A DNA stretch of 64,000 nucleotides, taken from an uncultured Eubacteriales bacterium (lineage in GTDB: Bacteria > Bacillota > Clostridia > Oscillospirales > CAG-272). Shown here piece after piece: positions 18,985 to 28,764 of this stretch; within the stretch, counting starts at the first letter, position 1, and the number at the start of each line of letters is the position of its first letter. Made by a program: the position numbers and the translations under genes. The notes beneath the pieces are model-generated. The model ran no database searches. It was not told the DNA's origin and saw nothing but the letters and a program-made list of their open reading frames with translations. The stretch covers positions 68,913 to 132,912 of the forward strand of contig CAKRZR010000004.1 of assembly GCA_934433485.1 (NCBI GenBank). Reading direction: 5' to 3'.

Positions 18985-19649
18985 AAAATATCGTGCTCGC
19001 GTCGAATAATCGCGGAAAAATTGCAGAATTTGGAACCATTCTCGCCTCTCTGTCGTCTGAATATACGGTACGCTCCCTCACAGACATCGGTTATACCGAC
19101 GAGATTGAGGAAAACGGCGCATCATTCGCGGAGAATTCCCTCATTAAGGCGCTGGCAGTCGCAAAATGCGGCTATATCGGCTTAGCGGACGATTCCGGAC
19201 TTACCGTGGACGCATTGGACGGCGCGCCGGGAATCTATTCCGCGCGTTATGCCGGCAGACATGGGGACGATGCAGCCAACCGCGCACTGCTTCTCAAAAA
19301 TATGGCAGACGTACCCGACGAAAAACGCGGCGCCGCGTTTGTGTGCGTAATTACGATGGTTTTCCAGGCATCCGAGCCAATATGCGTGCCCGAACCGTAT
19401 CGCGCGCCGACTGCATTGTGTGAAAAATACGGCGTGCGGGCGGATCACGTGATTTCGGTACACGGCGAATGTCGCGGGAAAATCGGCTATTCGGAGACGG
19501 GAAATGGCGGTTTCGGCTATGATTCTCTGTTTTTGTACGATACCCGTACATTTGCGGAGATGATGCAGGCGGAGAAAAACGCAGTCAGCCATCGGGGACG
19601 TGCTCTGCGGCTGTTGACAGAGGCGCTGCGGGAGATCCACAATCCATAA
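18981..19649 (+). CDS. rdgB: dITP/XTP pyrophosphatase (RdgB/Ham1 family)
   Basis: VLASNNRGKIAEF..ADDSGLTVDALDGAPGIYSARY; the start overlaps the ftsY stop. Confidence 0.85.
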   Translation: MKNIVLASNNRGKIAEFGTILASLSSEYTVRSLTDIGYTDEIEENGASFAENSLIKALAVAKCGYIGLADDSGLTVDALDGAPGIYSARYAGRHGDDAANRALLLKNMADVPDEKRGAAFVCVITMVFQASEPICVPEPYRAPTALCEKYGVRADHVISVHGECRGKIGYSETGNGGFGYDSLFLYDTRTFAEMMQAEKNAVSHRGRALRLLTEALREIHNP

Positions 19650-19670
19650 CAGAATCAGGAGAAAAACAGA

Positions 19671-19970
19671 ATGCTATCCAGCAAACAAAGAGCCATTTTG
19701 CGCAGCGAAGCTTCCCATCTGGCCGCGATTTTTCAGGTGGGTAAGGGAGGAGTCGGCGGTCCGATGTGCGCATCCATCCGGGACGCCCTGGAGGCAAGGG
19801 AGCTTATCAAGGTAAGCGTACTCGAAACCGCGGACGGCAGCGCAAGGGAGATTGCCGAGGAGCTGGCACGTTCCGTGGACGCGGAGGTGGTCGGTGTGAT
19901 TGGCAGAAAGCTCGTACTATATAAAAAAGCCGAGAAAGAAGCGAACCGAAAATATTCCGCGCTTCTCTGA
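19671..19970 (+). CDS. yhbY: Ribosome assembly RNA-binding protein YhbY (CRM domain)
   Basis: IFQVGKGGVGGPMCASIRDALEARELIKV. Confidence 0.85.
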   Translation: MLSSKQRAILRSEASHLAAIFQVGKGGVGGPMCASIRDALEARELIKVSVLETADGSAREIAEELARSVDAEVVGVIGRKLVLYKKAEKEANRKYSALL

Positions 19971-20009
19971 AAAACGATAGTCCTACAATCGCGGGAAAGG
20001 AGCGCGTAT

Positions 20010-20630
20010 ATGGAGCGTATTGGACTGTATGGCGGAACATTTGCGCCGCCGCATCTTGGGCATGTACACGCGGCAAAGGTATTTCTTGCCTCTGTACCGC
20101 TCGACCGGCTTCTCATTATGCCGGCCGGGATCCCGCCGCACAAGACAAAGGCCGCCGGAGACACACCGGAGGAGCGCCTGGCGATGTGCCGCGCCGCGTT
20201 CGGAGACCTGCCTAAAACGGATGTTTCCGACTACGAGATCCGCAAGCCCGGCAAAAGCTACACGGTGGAAACACTGGAAGCGCTGACCAGACCGGGCCGT
20301 GAAATCACCATGCTCTGTGGCACCGATATGTTCTTAACGCTCGACAAATGGCATCGCGCGCCCGATATCTTCCGTTTGTGTACGATCGCCTGTATGGCAA
20401 GGGACACCGAGGCGGATGCGCAGATCCACGAGATGGCAGAACGGTACCGCTGCGATTACGCCGCCGGGATCGTTCTGCTGCCCGGAGAACCGCTTGTCCT
20501 CTCCTCTTCGGAGATCCGTGAGGGACTGCGATCCGGAGCGGATATGCGTGCGTATCTGCCGTCGGGCGTGTGGGAGATCTGTCGGCGAGAGGGACTGTAC
20601 CTAAGCGAAAACTGCGGAAGCGCTGATTAA
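20010..20630 (+). CDS. nadD: Nicotinate-nucleotide adenylyltransferase
   Basis: IGLYGGTFAPPHLGHV (the HxGH motif). Confidence 0.9.
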   Translation: MERIGLYGGTFAPPHLGHVHAAKVFLASVPLDRLLIMPAGIPPHKTKAAGDTPEERLAMCRAAFGDLPKTDVSDYEIRKPGKSYTVETLEALTRPGREITMLCGTDMFLTLDKWHRAPDIFRLCTIACMARDTEADAQIHEMAERYRCDYAAGIVLLPGEPLVLSSSEIREGLRSGADMRAYLPSGVWEICRREGLYLSENCGSAD

Positions 20631-20674
20631 AGGTTGATTTATGCAGCGCATCCCTGCAAAGAATAAGGAATCAA

Positions 20675-21313
20675 ATGGAAAACGAACGTATCACTACACT
20701 GCGTACCGCGGTAAGACCGTATTTAACGGAAAAACGGTACGCGCATACTCTGGCGGTAGAGAAGGAAGCGGCAGCTCTCGCCAGACTGTATCTGCCGGAA
20801 AAAGAAGAAGCACTTCGCATTGCCGCCTTGCTGCACGATATTACAAAAAAAGAGAGCACGGAAAAACAGTTGCAAATGTGTGCGGAATTTGGTATAATGG
20901 TGTCGGAGGACGACGTGCTCGCACCGAAAACCTTTCACGCCAAAACCGCCGCCGCGCTTGCAGAGAGAGATTTCCCGTCCTACGCAAACGAGGAGATCTG
21001 CCGCGGGATCCGGTACCACACCACCGGCCACGCGGATATGACGGTGTTTGAAGCCATCGTCTATCTTGCCGATTATATCGAGGAAACCCGTACGTTTGCC
21101 GACTGTGTGACCCTGCGGCGCTATTTTTACCACCGGATCGAGACGGAGAAACCCGAAAAACGCGACAGCATTCTGCGAGACACCATGATCCTGTCTTTTG
21201 ATATGACCATCCGCAACCTGATGGAGGAAGGCGGACTGATCGATCACGATACCATCGAAGCGCGCAATGGCTATGTTCGTATGCGGCTGACAGAGAAGGA
21301 GCAGGCAGTCTGA
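20675..21313 (+). CDS. yqeK: HD-domain bis(5'-nucleosyl)-tetraphosphatase YqeK
   Basis: HD motif (LLHDITK) and its conserved position after nadD. Confidence 0.85.
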   Translation: MENERITTLRTAVRPYLTEKRYAHTLAVEKEAAALARLYLPEKEEALRIAALLHDITKKESTEKQLQMCAEFGIMVSEDDVLAPKTFHAKTAAALAERDFPSYANEEICRGIRYHTTGHADMTVFEAIVYLADYIEETRTFADCVTLRRYFYHRIETEKPEKRDSILRDTMILSFDMTIRNLMEEGGLIDHDTIEARNGYVRMRLTEKEQAV

Positions 21314-21315
21314 TC

Positions 21316-22791
21316 ATGCAAAAGAAAAAGAACAACGAAACAAACGATACCGCCCGCGACGACGAACTGTCCATGTACGCGCCGCAGGAGGATAAAATCG
21401 AGGATGCATACGCCGCGGAAACCAAAATCTACAGGATCCGGAGACACGGGCACGCTGAGGAGAGCGACGACGGCGCGGATGAGGACATCTATACGCCGGA
21501 GGACGAGGATATGCGCGACGATGGAGAGGACGAGGATTCTCTCGGCGAGGACGCATTTACTGAAAACGAAGCGTACTTCGATGAGGCGTATTACGATGAG
21601 CTGAAGCGAAAACAGAAGGTGCGCCGGAAAAAAGGGCGGTTGAGCCGTTCCCAGCGCGGTCTGCTCATCGCCATCAGCATTGTCTATCTGCTCGTACTGC
21701 TGGTTGCCGCGTGGCTCATTTTCTATCGACCCGCACAGCCGGGCAGCCATGAGGTGCCGTTTGACACAAATCCCGTGCAGCCGAATACGCCGGAGACCGC
21801 GGAAACCGATCCGGACGGCAAGCCGAAGGACAACGACGCCGTTGTCAATGGGGATTATAAGGTCGAAAAAGGGATATACAACATCCTGCTCGTCGGGCAT
21901 GACCGTGCGGCGACGCTTGCGGACGTGACCATGCTCATCAACGTCAACGAAGGAAGCGGATCGATCACAGTCATGCAGATCCCGCGTGATACCTATGTGG
22001 ATGATTTTGCCACCAATAAGATCAACGCGGCGTATTCCACCTACTATGGCATGGCGTTAAAAGACGGCGCGAAGGATCCGTATCTCACAGCGGTGCAATC
22101 CTATGCGGAGCTGCTGGAGCAGAATTTGTGCATCAATATCCATCATACAGCGGTGCTCAATCTCGATGGACTGATCAATATTGTGGATATTCTCGGCGGT
22201 GTGGAGCTCTATGTGCCGCAGCGAATGTATTATTCCGACCCGGAGCAGGGACTGTATATCGACCTGCAGGAGGGGTGGCAGACACTCGACGGTAAAAACG
22301 CGGAGAATTTCGTCCGTTTCCGCTCCGGCTACGTGCAGCAGGACCTCGGCAGAATCAACGCACAGAAAATCTTTCTGACCGCGCTGTTTGAAAAGGTCAA
22401 AGCAAGCATCAGCATTTCCAATACCGCAAAGCTGACACAGGTGGCTGGCGAGATCTTCAACAATCTGCATACCGATATGATTGCGTCCGACATCATGTAC
22501 TACGGCAAATTTGTCCTCAGTGTGGATCTCACGAACCTCAATATGACCACGATTCCCGGAAATGTGCCGCAGAGCCACTATGTGATCAACCGCAAGGCGA
22601 CGCTTTCCATCATCAACGAATACTTCAATATTTACAACACGGAGATCGGCGACGCCATCTTTGACCGCAACGGCGTGTTCTGTCCGGCATCCACCGCAGG
22701 CACCAACGCCTATTACGCCGACGAGGATACTACGCTCGACGAGATGCACAACGGCAAAGATATCAGCGACGACTCTATCTATATACCATAA
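21316..22791 (+). CDS. LytR-CpsA-Psr (LCP) family cell-wall glycopolymer transferase with ~115-aa acidic cytoplasmic N-terminus
   Basis: The LCP core (YNILLVGHDRAATLADVTMLINV..ITVMQIPRDTYVD), a single TM helix, and a D/E-rich N-terminal tail. Confidence 0.82.
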   Translation: MQKKKNNETNDTARDDELSMYAPQEDKIEDAYAAETKIYRIRRHGHAEESDDGADEDIYTPEDEDMRDDGEDEDSLGEDAFTENEAYFDEAYYDELKRKQKVRRKKGRLSRSQRGLLIAISIVYLLVLLVAAWLIFYRPAQPGSHEVPFDTNPVQPNTPETAETDPDGKPKDNDAVVNGDYKVEKGIYNILLVGHDRAATLADVTMLINVNEGSGSITVMQIPRDTYVDDFATNKINAAYSTYYGMALKDGAKDPYLTAVQSYAELLEQNLCINIHHTAVLNLDGLINIVDILGGVELYVPQRMYYSDPEQGLYIDLQEGWQTLDGKNAENFVRFRSGYVQQDLGRINAQKIFLTALFEKVKASISISNTAKLTQVAGEIFNNLHTDMIASDIMYYGKFVLSVDLTNLNMTTIPGNVPQSHYVINRKATLSIINEYFNIYNTEIGDAIFDRNGVFCPASTAGTNAYYADEDTTLDEMHNGKDISDDSIYIP

Positions 22792-22826
22792 AATAGAAGA
22801 ATATGAAAAACAACAAGGAGGAAGTT

Positions 22827-23237
22827 ATGGATTCCACGATGCACCCGACAGAGGAACTCTGCCTTGCCGAAAAGCCGGAAACCCCACGCGCACTGGCAGA
22901 GGCGGTCGTCACCATACTGGACCGGAAGAAGGCGAGAGAAATCAAGCTCCTGTACGTCGAGAAAAAGACCGTGATCGCCGATTATTTCGTGCTGGCGACC
23001 GGCACATCCCGCACCCAGATCCGCGCACTGGCAGACGAGGTGGAGTATCAGCTATCGCTTGTGGGACTGCATCCGTCTCATAAGGAAGGCGCGGAAAGCG
23101 GCGTATGGGTGCTGCTCGACTACGATTCCGTGATCGTCCACCTGTTCAACAGAGAGGCACGCGATTTCTATAAACTCGATAAGCTCTATGAGGACGCGTC
23201 TGAGGAGGACATCCACGCGCTGCTCAGCGAAGAATGA
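22827..23237 (+). CDS. rsfS: Ribosomal silencing factor RsfS (Iojap)
   Basis: REIKLLYVEKKTVIADYFVLATGTSRTQIRALADEV; the start at 22827 follows an AAGGAGGAAG RBS. Confidence 0.85.
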   Translation: MDSTMHPTEELCLAEKPETPRALAEAVVTILDRKKAREIKLLYVEKKTVIADYFVLATGTSRTQIRALADEVEYQLSLVGLHPSHKEGAESGVWVLLDYDSVIVHLFNREARDFYKLDKLYEDASEEDIHALLSEE

Positions 23238-23283
23238 AAGCGACTCTGAAATATTACGATAAAGGAAGCCAAAGAGAAAAGTC

Positions 23284-25686
23284 ATGAAATACGAGTTTGA
23301 CAAAATTGAGAAAAAATGGCAGGACAAATGGGCAGAAGCAAAGATCTTTGAGGCAAGCGAGGATCACACCAAGCCGAAATTCTACGGACTGGTCGAGTTC
23401 CCGTATCCGAGCGGCGCCGGTATGCACGTCGGTCATATCAAGGCGTATTCCGGTTTGGAGGTCATCAGCCGCAAAAGACGGATGCAGGGCTACAACGTCC
23501 TGTTTCCGATCGGCTTTGACGCGTTCGGGCTGCCGACGGAGAACTATGCCATCAAGACCGGTCTCCATCCGCGTGTGGTCACCGACCGGAACATCGCGAA
23601 ATTCACGTCCCAGCTCAAGCGCGTCGGCTTCTCCTTCGATTGGAGCCGCGTAATCGATACCACGGAGGAGGATTATTATCACTGGACCCAGTGGATCTTC
23701 CGCAAAATGTTCGACAACGGACTCGTATTCCGCGCCAAAACGCTCGTGAACTACTGCCCGCACTGCAAGGTCGTGCTGTCCAACGAGGATTCCCAGGGCG
23801 GCAAGTGCGACATCTGCCACAGCGACATTGTCCAGAAATCGAAGGACGTGTGGTATCTGCGGATCACACAGTACGCCGACAAGCTTCTCGAGGGATTAAA
23901 CCACGTCGATTATCTCCCGAATATTCGCCTGCAGCAGGAAAACTGGATCGGCCGTTCCGAGGGCGCGTTTGTCAATTTCCCGCTCGCCGACTGTGACGAC
24001 ACACTGCGCATCTACACCACCCGTCCGGACACCATGTTCGGCGTAACGTTCATGGTCATCGCGCCGGAGCATCCGATTCTCGATAAATACAGAGACAGAA
24101 TCGCCAATACAGACGCCCTCGACGCCTATCGCGAGGAATGCGCAAAGAAGACGGAGTTTGAACGTACCCAGCTTGTCAAGGACAAGACCGGCGTACGCAT
24201 CGAGGGACTGGCGGCGATCAACCCGGCAAACGGTAAGGAGATCCCGATCTACATCTCCGACTACGTGATGATGGGCTACGGTACCGGCGCGATCATGGCG
24301 GTTCCGGCGCACGACGAGCGCGATTACGATTTCGCAACAAAGTTCGGTATCGACATCATCGAGGTCATCAAGGGCGGCGACATTGAAAAGGAAGCATACA
24401 CCGGCGACGGTGAGATGGTCAATTCCGATTTCTTAAACGGCATCGCGACCAAGAAGGAAGCCATCGCGAAGATGACGGCGTTCCTCAAAGAAAAAGGCAT
24501 CGGCGAGGCTGGCGTGCAGTACAAGATGAAGGACTGGGCGTTCAACCGGCAGCGCTACTGGGGCGAGCCGATCCCGATCGTCCATTGCCCGCACTGCGGT
24601 ATGGTCGGCGTGCCGTATGACGAGCTTCCGCTGAAGCTGCCGGAAATGCAGAATTTCGCACCCGGCGAAGGCGGAGAAAGCCCGCTTGCCAAAATCGATT
24701 CCTTTGTAAACTGCATCTGCCCGAAATGCGGCGCACCGGCAAAGCGTGAAACGGACACCATGCCGCAGTGGGCTGGTTCGTCGTGGTACTTCCTCCGCTA
24801 TACCGATCCGCACAATCACGAATGCCTGGCAGATCCCGAAAAAATGAAGTACTGGCTGCCCGTCGACTGGTACAACGGCGGTATGGAGCATGTCACACGT
24901 CATATGATCTATTCCCGCTTCTGGCACCGCTTCCTCTACGACATCGGTGTGGTGCCGACAGAGGAGCCGTACGCGAAACGGACTGCACAGGGACTGATCC
25001 TTGGTCCGGATGGTGAAAAGATGAGCAAATCGAAGGGCAATGTGGTCGACCCAAACGATGTTGTGGATGTATACGGCGCGGATGTGCTGCGCGTGTACAC
25101 ACTGTTCATGGGCGATTACGCGTCCGCGGCACCGTGGAGCGAAAGCAGCGTCAAGGGCTGCAAGCGGTTCCTCGACCGTGTGGCGGGACTGACCGAGCTT
25201 GTCAAGGATACCGGCGCGACACCGTTTCTTGAGAGCGCGTTCCATAAGACCGTCAAAAAGGTCACGGACGACATCGAGGATATGAAGTTCAACACCGCCA
25301 TCGCCGCTATGATGGGACTGCTCAACGATATCTACGAAAACGGTAGCCTGACCCGCGATGAGCTCGTGACCTTTATTTCGCTTCTGTGCCCATTTGCACC
25401 GCATCTCTGTGAGGAAATGTGGGAGAAACTGGGCGGTAAGGGATTCCTGTCCCTCGCGCCGTGGCCGGAATATGATGAAAGCAAGACCGTGGATGATGAG
25501 ATCGAGATCGCGGTGCAGATCTGCGGTAAGCTGCGCGCAACGATAAAGATTCCGCGTACGCTGCCGAAGGAAGAAGCGATCGCCGCTGCCAAAGCGGATG
25601 AAAAAATCGCGGCACTCCTCGCCGGCAAGCAGATCGTTAAGGAAATCTACGTTCCCGGCAAGATCGTCAATATTGTCGTGAAGTGA
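23284..25686 (+). CDS. leuS: Leucine--tRNA ligase
   Basis: HIGH (PYPSGAGMHVGH) and KMSKS motifs and the editing domain; no T-box leader (only a 46-nt spacer). Confidence 0.95.
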   Translation: MKYEFDKIEKKWQDKWAEAKIFEASEDHTKPKFYGLVEFPYPSGAGMHVGHIKAYSGLEVISRKRRMQGYNVLFPIGFDAFGLPTENYAIKTGLHPRVVTDRNIAKFTSQLKRVGFSFDWSRVIDTTEEDYYHWTQWIFRKMFDNGLVFRAKTLVNYCPHCKVVLSNEDSQGGKCDICHSDIVQKSKDVWYLRITQYADKLLEGLNHVDYLPNIRLQQENWIGRSEGAFVNFPLADCDDTLRIYTTRPDTMFGVTFMVIAPEHPILDKYRDRIANTDALDAYREECAKKTEFERTQLVKDKTGVRIEGLAAINPANGKEIPIYISDYVMMGYGTGAIMAVPAHDERDYDFATKFGIDIIEVIKGGDIEKEAYTGDGEMVNSDFLNGIATKKEAIAKMTAFLKEKGIGEAGVQYKMKDWAFNRQRYWGEPIPIVHCPHCGMVGVPYDELPLKLPEMQNFAPGEGGESPLAKIDSFVNCICPKCGAPAKRETDTMPQWAGSSWYFLRYTDPHNHECLADPEKMKYWLPVDWYNGGMEHVTRHMIYSRFWHRFLYDIGVVPTEEPYAKRTAQGLILGPDGEKMSKSKGNVVDPNDVVDVYGADVLRVYTLFMGDYASAAPWSESSVKGCKRFLDRVAGLTELVKDTGATPFLESAFHKTVKKVTDDIEDMKFNTAIAAMMGLLNDIYENGSLTRDELVTFISLLCPFAPHLCEEMWEKLGGKGFLSLAPWPEYDESKTVDDEIEIAVQICGKLRATIKIPRTLPKEEAIAAAKADEKIAALLAGKQIVKEIYVPGKIVNIVVK

Positions 25687-25754
25687 TTCCAAAGGCGAAA
25701 AACGGAGCCGGAGGCGATTCCGGAAAGTTTTCGACAGGAATTTGCGAATAAGAC

Positions 25755-25783
25755 TTGACAAATCCGGGAAAATGCTGTATACT
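25755..25783 (+). promoter_or_regulatory. Sigma-A promoter with extended -10 (TTGACA-17-TGtTATACT) for rpsU
   Basis: ttgaca 25755-25760, 17-nt spacer, tatact 25778-25783. Confidence 0.5.
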
Positions 25784-25844
25784 ATATAAGAGGTAAGTTC
25801 CGGTAGGAATATCTCGGTCGCCGAAGCGAAGGGAGGGAATATGG

Positions 25845-26021
25845 ATGGCAGAAGTCAGAGTAAAAGAAAATGAATCGCTTGACAGCGCACTCCGTCGTTT
25901 CAAAAGACAGTGCCAGAGATCGGGCATTCAGGCCGAGCTTCGCAAGAGAGAATGCTATGAGAAGCCCAGCGTAAAGAGAAAAAAGAAGTCCGAAGCAGCC
26001 AGAAAGCGTAAGTACAAGTAA
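25845..26021 (+). CDS. rpsU: 30S ribosomal protein S21 (58 aa; absent from ORF track because below 60 aa)
   Basis: Hand translation gives [58 protein letters not shown], with a GGGAGGGA RBS 6 nt upstream. Confidence 0.88.
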   Translation: MAEVRVKENESLDSALRRFKRQCQRSGIQAELRKRECYEKPSVKRKKKSEAARKRKYK

Positions 26022-26034
26022 TTCTGATTGCTCA

Positions 26035-26078
26035 CTGAGGGAATCAAGCCTGTTTTCGGGTTTGGTTCCCTTTTTGAT
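26035..26078 (+). terminator. Rho-independent terminator after rpsU
   Basis: Imperfect hairpin gagggaatcaagcc..ggtttggttccct followed by ttttg. Confidence 0.4.
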
Positions 26079-26094
26079 TTTATAGGAGAATACA

Positions 26095-26622
26095 ATGACT
26101 ATCGAAACCGAAAGACTGACCATTTCTCCGGCAAAAGAAAGCGATATCCCGACCCTCCACCGCCTATTCAACCTGCCGGAGATCCAAAAATACAACTGTA
26201 TGGTCGATATGACTGTCGAAAAGGTCGCAAAACGTTTTGCGGAAGGAGAATTTCGCTTCTGCCTGTATACGAAGGACACCGGCACACTGATCGGAACCAT
26301 CGGGGAAGAGGCGGACGATCTGCGCCATGGGATAGACAGCGTATGCCTTTCCTATGAGCTCGACCCGGCGTACCAGAGAAAAGGGTATATGACGGAGGCA
26401 CTGAACGCCTATCTTGCCTACGCATTTCGGGAGAAAAAGGTCGCAAATGTCACCATCCGCATATTCGGCGGGAATGAACCGTCGCTTCATCTCGTGAACC
26501 GGTTTGGCTTTGTCCACGAGGGAACCCTGCGGCAGGCGATCTTGGCACCGTCCGGGATCGTGTACGACGACTGTGTATTCGCCATGCAGCGTGCGGAATA
26601 CGAAACAAAATACGGGAAATAA
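26095..26622 (+). CDS. GNAT family N-acetyltransferase (RimJ/RimL-like)
   Basis: ERLTISPAKESDIPTLHRLFN.. fits the GNAT fold. Confidence 0.75.
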   Translation: MTIETERLTISPAKESDIPTLHRLFNLPEIQKYNCMVDMTVEKVAKRFAEGEFRFCLYTKDTGTLIGTIGEEADDLRHGIDSVCLSYELDPAYQRKGYMTEALNAYLAYAFREKKVANVTIRIFGGNEPSLHLVNRFGFVHEGTLRQAILAPSGIVYDDCVFAMQRAEYETKYGK

Positions 26623-26666
26623 CGGCATTTTGCCAGATATAACAGGAATCGAAAGGATACGAACAC

Positions 26667-28589
26667 ATGAAAGAGCTGATGCAGTCCGTTCCCTTTGTTG
26701 TACGTGCGTGGACGGAGGAGATTCCGTTTCACAAGACCGGGGCGGATACCTACGAAAATGACGCATATCGCCTGAAGGTCACGGTACACACCACCACCTA
26801 TCCGACCACAGGTGCCATCCGTCAGACCAATACCATTGAGAACTGCGGCAAAGACCCTGTGGTGCTGTCCGGCTTCTCGTCCGTCTTTATCCACACCTGC
26901 CGCGGGAAGATCGGCGTGGATCGCAACCGTTGGCAGGCGGAGGGACAGTGGAATTTCTTCTCCCCGGAGCAGTGCGGACTTGTTCCAGCAACGATCCATC
27001 CGTGGGAACGCGAGACCTACACGATCTCCTCTGTCGGCAGCTGGTCCACAGGTGTCTTCTATCCGCTGACCATCGTACTTGGCGAGGACGGATACGCGTA
27101 TTATATGGAAATCGAAGGTGCGCACAACTGGCAGCTTACCCACATGGTGACAGGCTCCATGACCGCTCCCGCATTCGCGCTGGAAGGCACGGCGGCGCAT
27201 GAGGAAAACGGCGGATGGCACTATACGCTTCTGCCCGGTGAGTCATATACAACGGAGCCTGCGGTGTTCGGTCGTGTGCAGGGCGGATATGAGCAGGTCT
27301 GCGCGGAGCTTGTCGCCTACAAACGCGCCGTATCTCTGACCCATTATCCGAACGGCACGATCCCGGTCGTGTTCAACGATTATATGAACTGTCTCTGGGG
27401 TTCTCCGTCCGATAAAAAGCTGCTTCCCCTCATCGACGCGGCGGCGGACGTCGGATGTGAGATCTTCTGCATCGACGCGGGCTGGCACAAAAACGCGACG
27501 CCTGGTACCTATGGTGCGGCAGGCGACTGGATTGTGGCAAACGAGCGGTTTGGTGACGCGGGTCTTGACGGGATTTTCGCCCATATGCGGGAAAAGGGAC
27601 TGACACCCGGCGTATGGTTCGAGTGGGATACCGTCAACGCCACCGCTGCCGCCCACGATCTCGACGACGACTGTCTGCTCAAACGGTACGGTAAACCGTT
27701 CCCGCGCGCGTTTTTCAACTTTCGGAATGAAAAGGTACGTGCGCATCTGACGGCACGAGTGGACGAGCTGTACGGCATGGGTGTGCGTTACATCAAAAAC
27801 GACTACAACCAGACGACGGGCATTGGCTGCGACTGCGATGACCTTGCTCCGTCAGAAGGACTCGTGCGCAATTATCACGCGTTCTGCGATTTTGTGGACA
27901 GTCTGCGCGCGAAATACCCGGATCTCGTGATCGAAAACTGCGGCAGTGGCGCGTGCCGTGCGGACAACGGGACCCTCGCGCATTTCCATCTCCAATCCAC
28001 AAGCGATCAGGAATTTTACTACTGGTATCCCTCCGTTATCATCGGTTCCATGGCACATTTCGCACCGGAAAAAGCGGGAATCTGGTCGTATCCGATGGCG
28101 GTCCCGTTCGACAGACGTGAGGAGTTCACCCCGGACAAGGCATGGTATGACGAGATGGCAAGCGGGGAAGCGACCATTTTCAATCTGGTAAACGGCATGT
28201 GCGGTACACTCTACCAATCCGGGCGCATCGATCTGGCGGATGAAAAGAACCTCGCTCTCGTGAAAGAAGGCATTGCGGCATATAAGAAAATGCGCACCGA
28301 TATCCTCTCCGCACATCCAATCGTACCGATTTCTCCGGAAAAAGTGCAAATCGGTACCTACGGCAACGCGGCGGCGGGACTGGAGACGGCGGACAAAGCA
28401 AAAGCGTATCTCGCGGTATGGCGAATCGGCACGGACACGGACACCGTACATGTTGATCTGACAAAATACGGCTACACAAGGGCACAGCCGTGGTATCCGG
28501 CGGCGTGCGACTGCACGTTTGCGGACGGCATTCTTACCGTTCATCTGCCGGAAAAGTTCTCCGCGCGGATGATTCTCCTGACAAAATAA
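26667..28589 (+). CDS. Glycoside hydrolase family 36-like alpha-galactosidase
   Basis: FCIDAGWH (DDGW-like) and RYIKNDYN (KxD nucleophile motif) are characteristic of GH36/GH27. Confidence 0.65.
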   Translation: MKELMQSVPFVVRAWTEEIPFHKTGADTYENDAYRLKVTVHTTTYPTTGAIRQTNTIENCGKDPVVLSGFSSVFIHTCRGKIGVDRNRWQAEGQWNFFSPEQCGLVPATIHPWERETYTISSVGSWSTGVFYPLTIVLGEDGYAYYMEIEGAHNWQLTHMVTGSMTAPAFALEGTAAHEENGGWHYTLLPGESYTTEPAVFGRVQGGYEQVCAELVAYKRAVSLTHYPNGTIPVVFNDYMNCLWGSPSDKKLLPLIDAAADVGCEIFCIDAGWHKNATPGTYGAAGDWIVANERFGDAGLDGIFAHMREKGLTPGVWFEWDTVNATAAAHDLDDDCLLKRYGKPFPRAFFNFRNEKVRAHLTARVDELYGMGVRYIKNDYNQTTGIGCDCDDLAPSEGLVRNYHAFCDFVDSLRAKYPDLVIENCGSGACRADNGTLAHFHLQSTSDQEFYYWYPSVIIGSMAHFAPEKAGIWSYPMAVPFDRREEFTPDKAWYDEMASGEATIFNLVNGMCGTLYQSGRIDLADEKNLALVKEGIAAYKKMRTDILSAHPIVPISPEKVQIGTYGNAAAGLETADKAKAYLAVWRIGTDTDTVHVDLTKYGYTRAQPWYPAACDCTFADGILTVHLPEKFSARMILLTK

Positions 28590-28651
28590 CGTGCTCGCGG
28601 AAAAATACATAGAAAATCCGCATGTTTCGGACAGAAATATGGAGAAAACGC

Positions 28652-28680
28652 TTGACTTACTGCGATGAAATTGCTATAAT
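28652..28680 (+). promoter_or_regulatory. Sigma-A promoter TTGACT-17-TATAAT
   Basis: ttgact 28652-28657; tataat 28675-28680. Confidence 0.5.
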
Positions 28681-28764
28681 AAGGGCAGCCGGACGCTCGT
28701 TATGACGTTCGAGAGAAACGAAATACACCGAAACGCAGGGAATTCCCTGTACAAGGAGGAAAGT

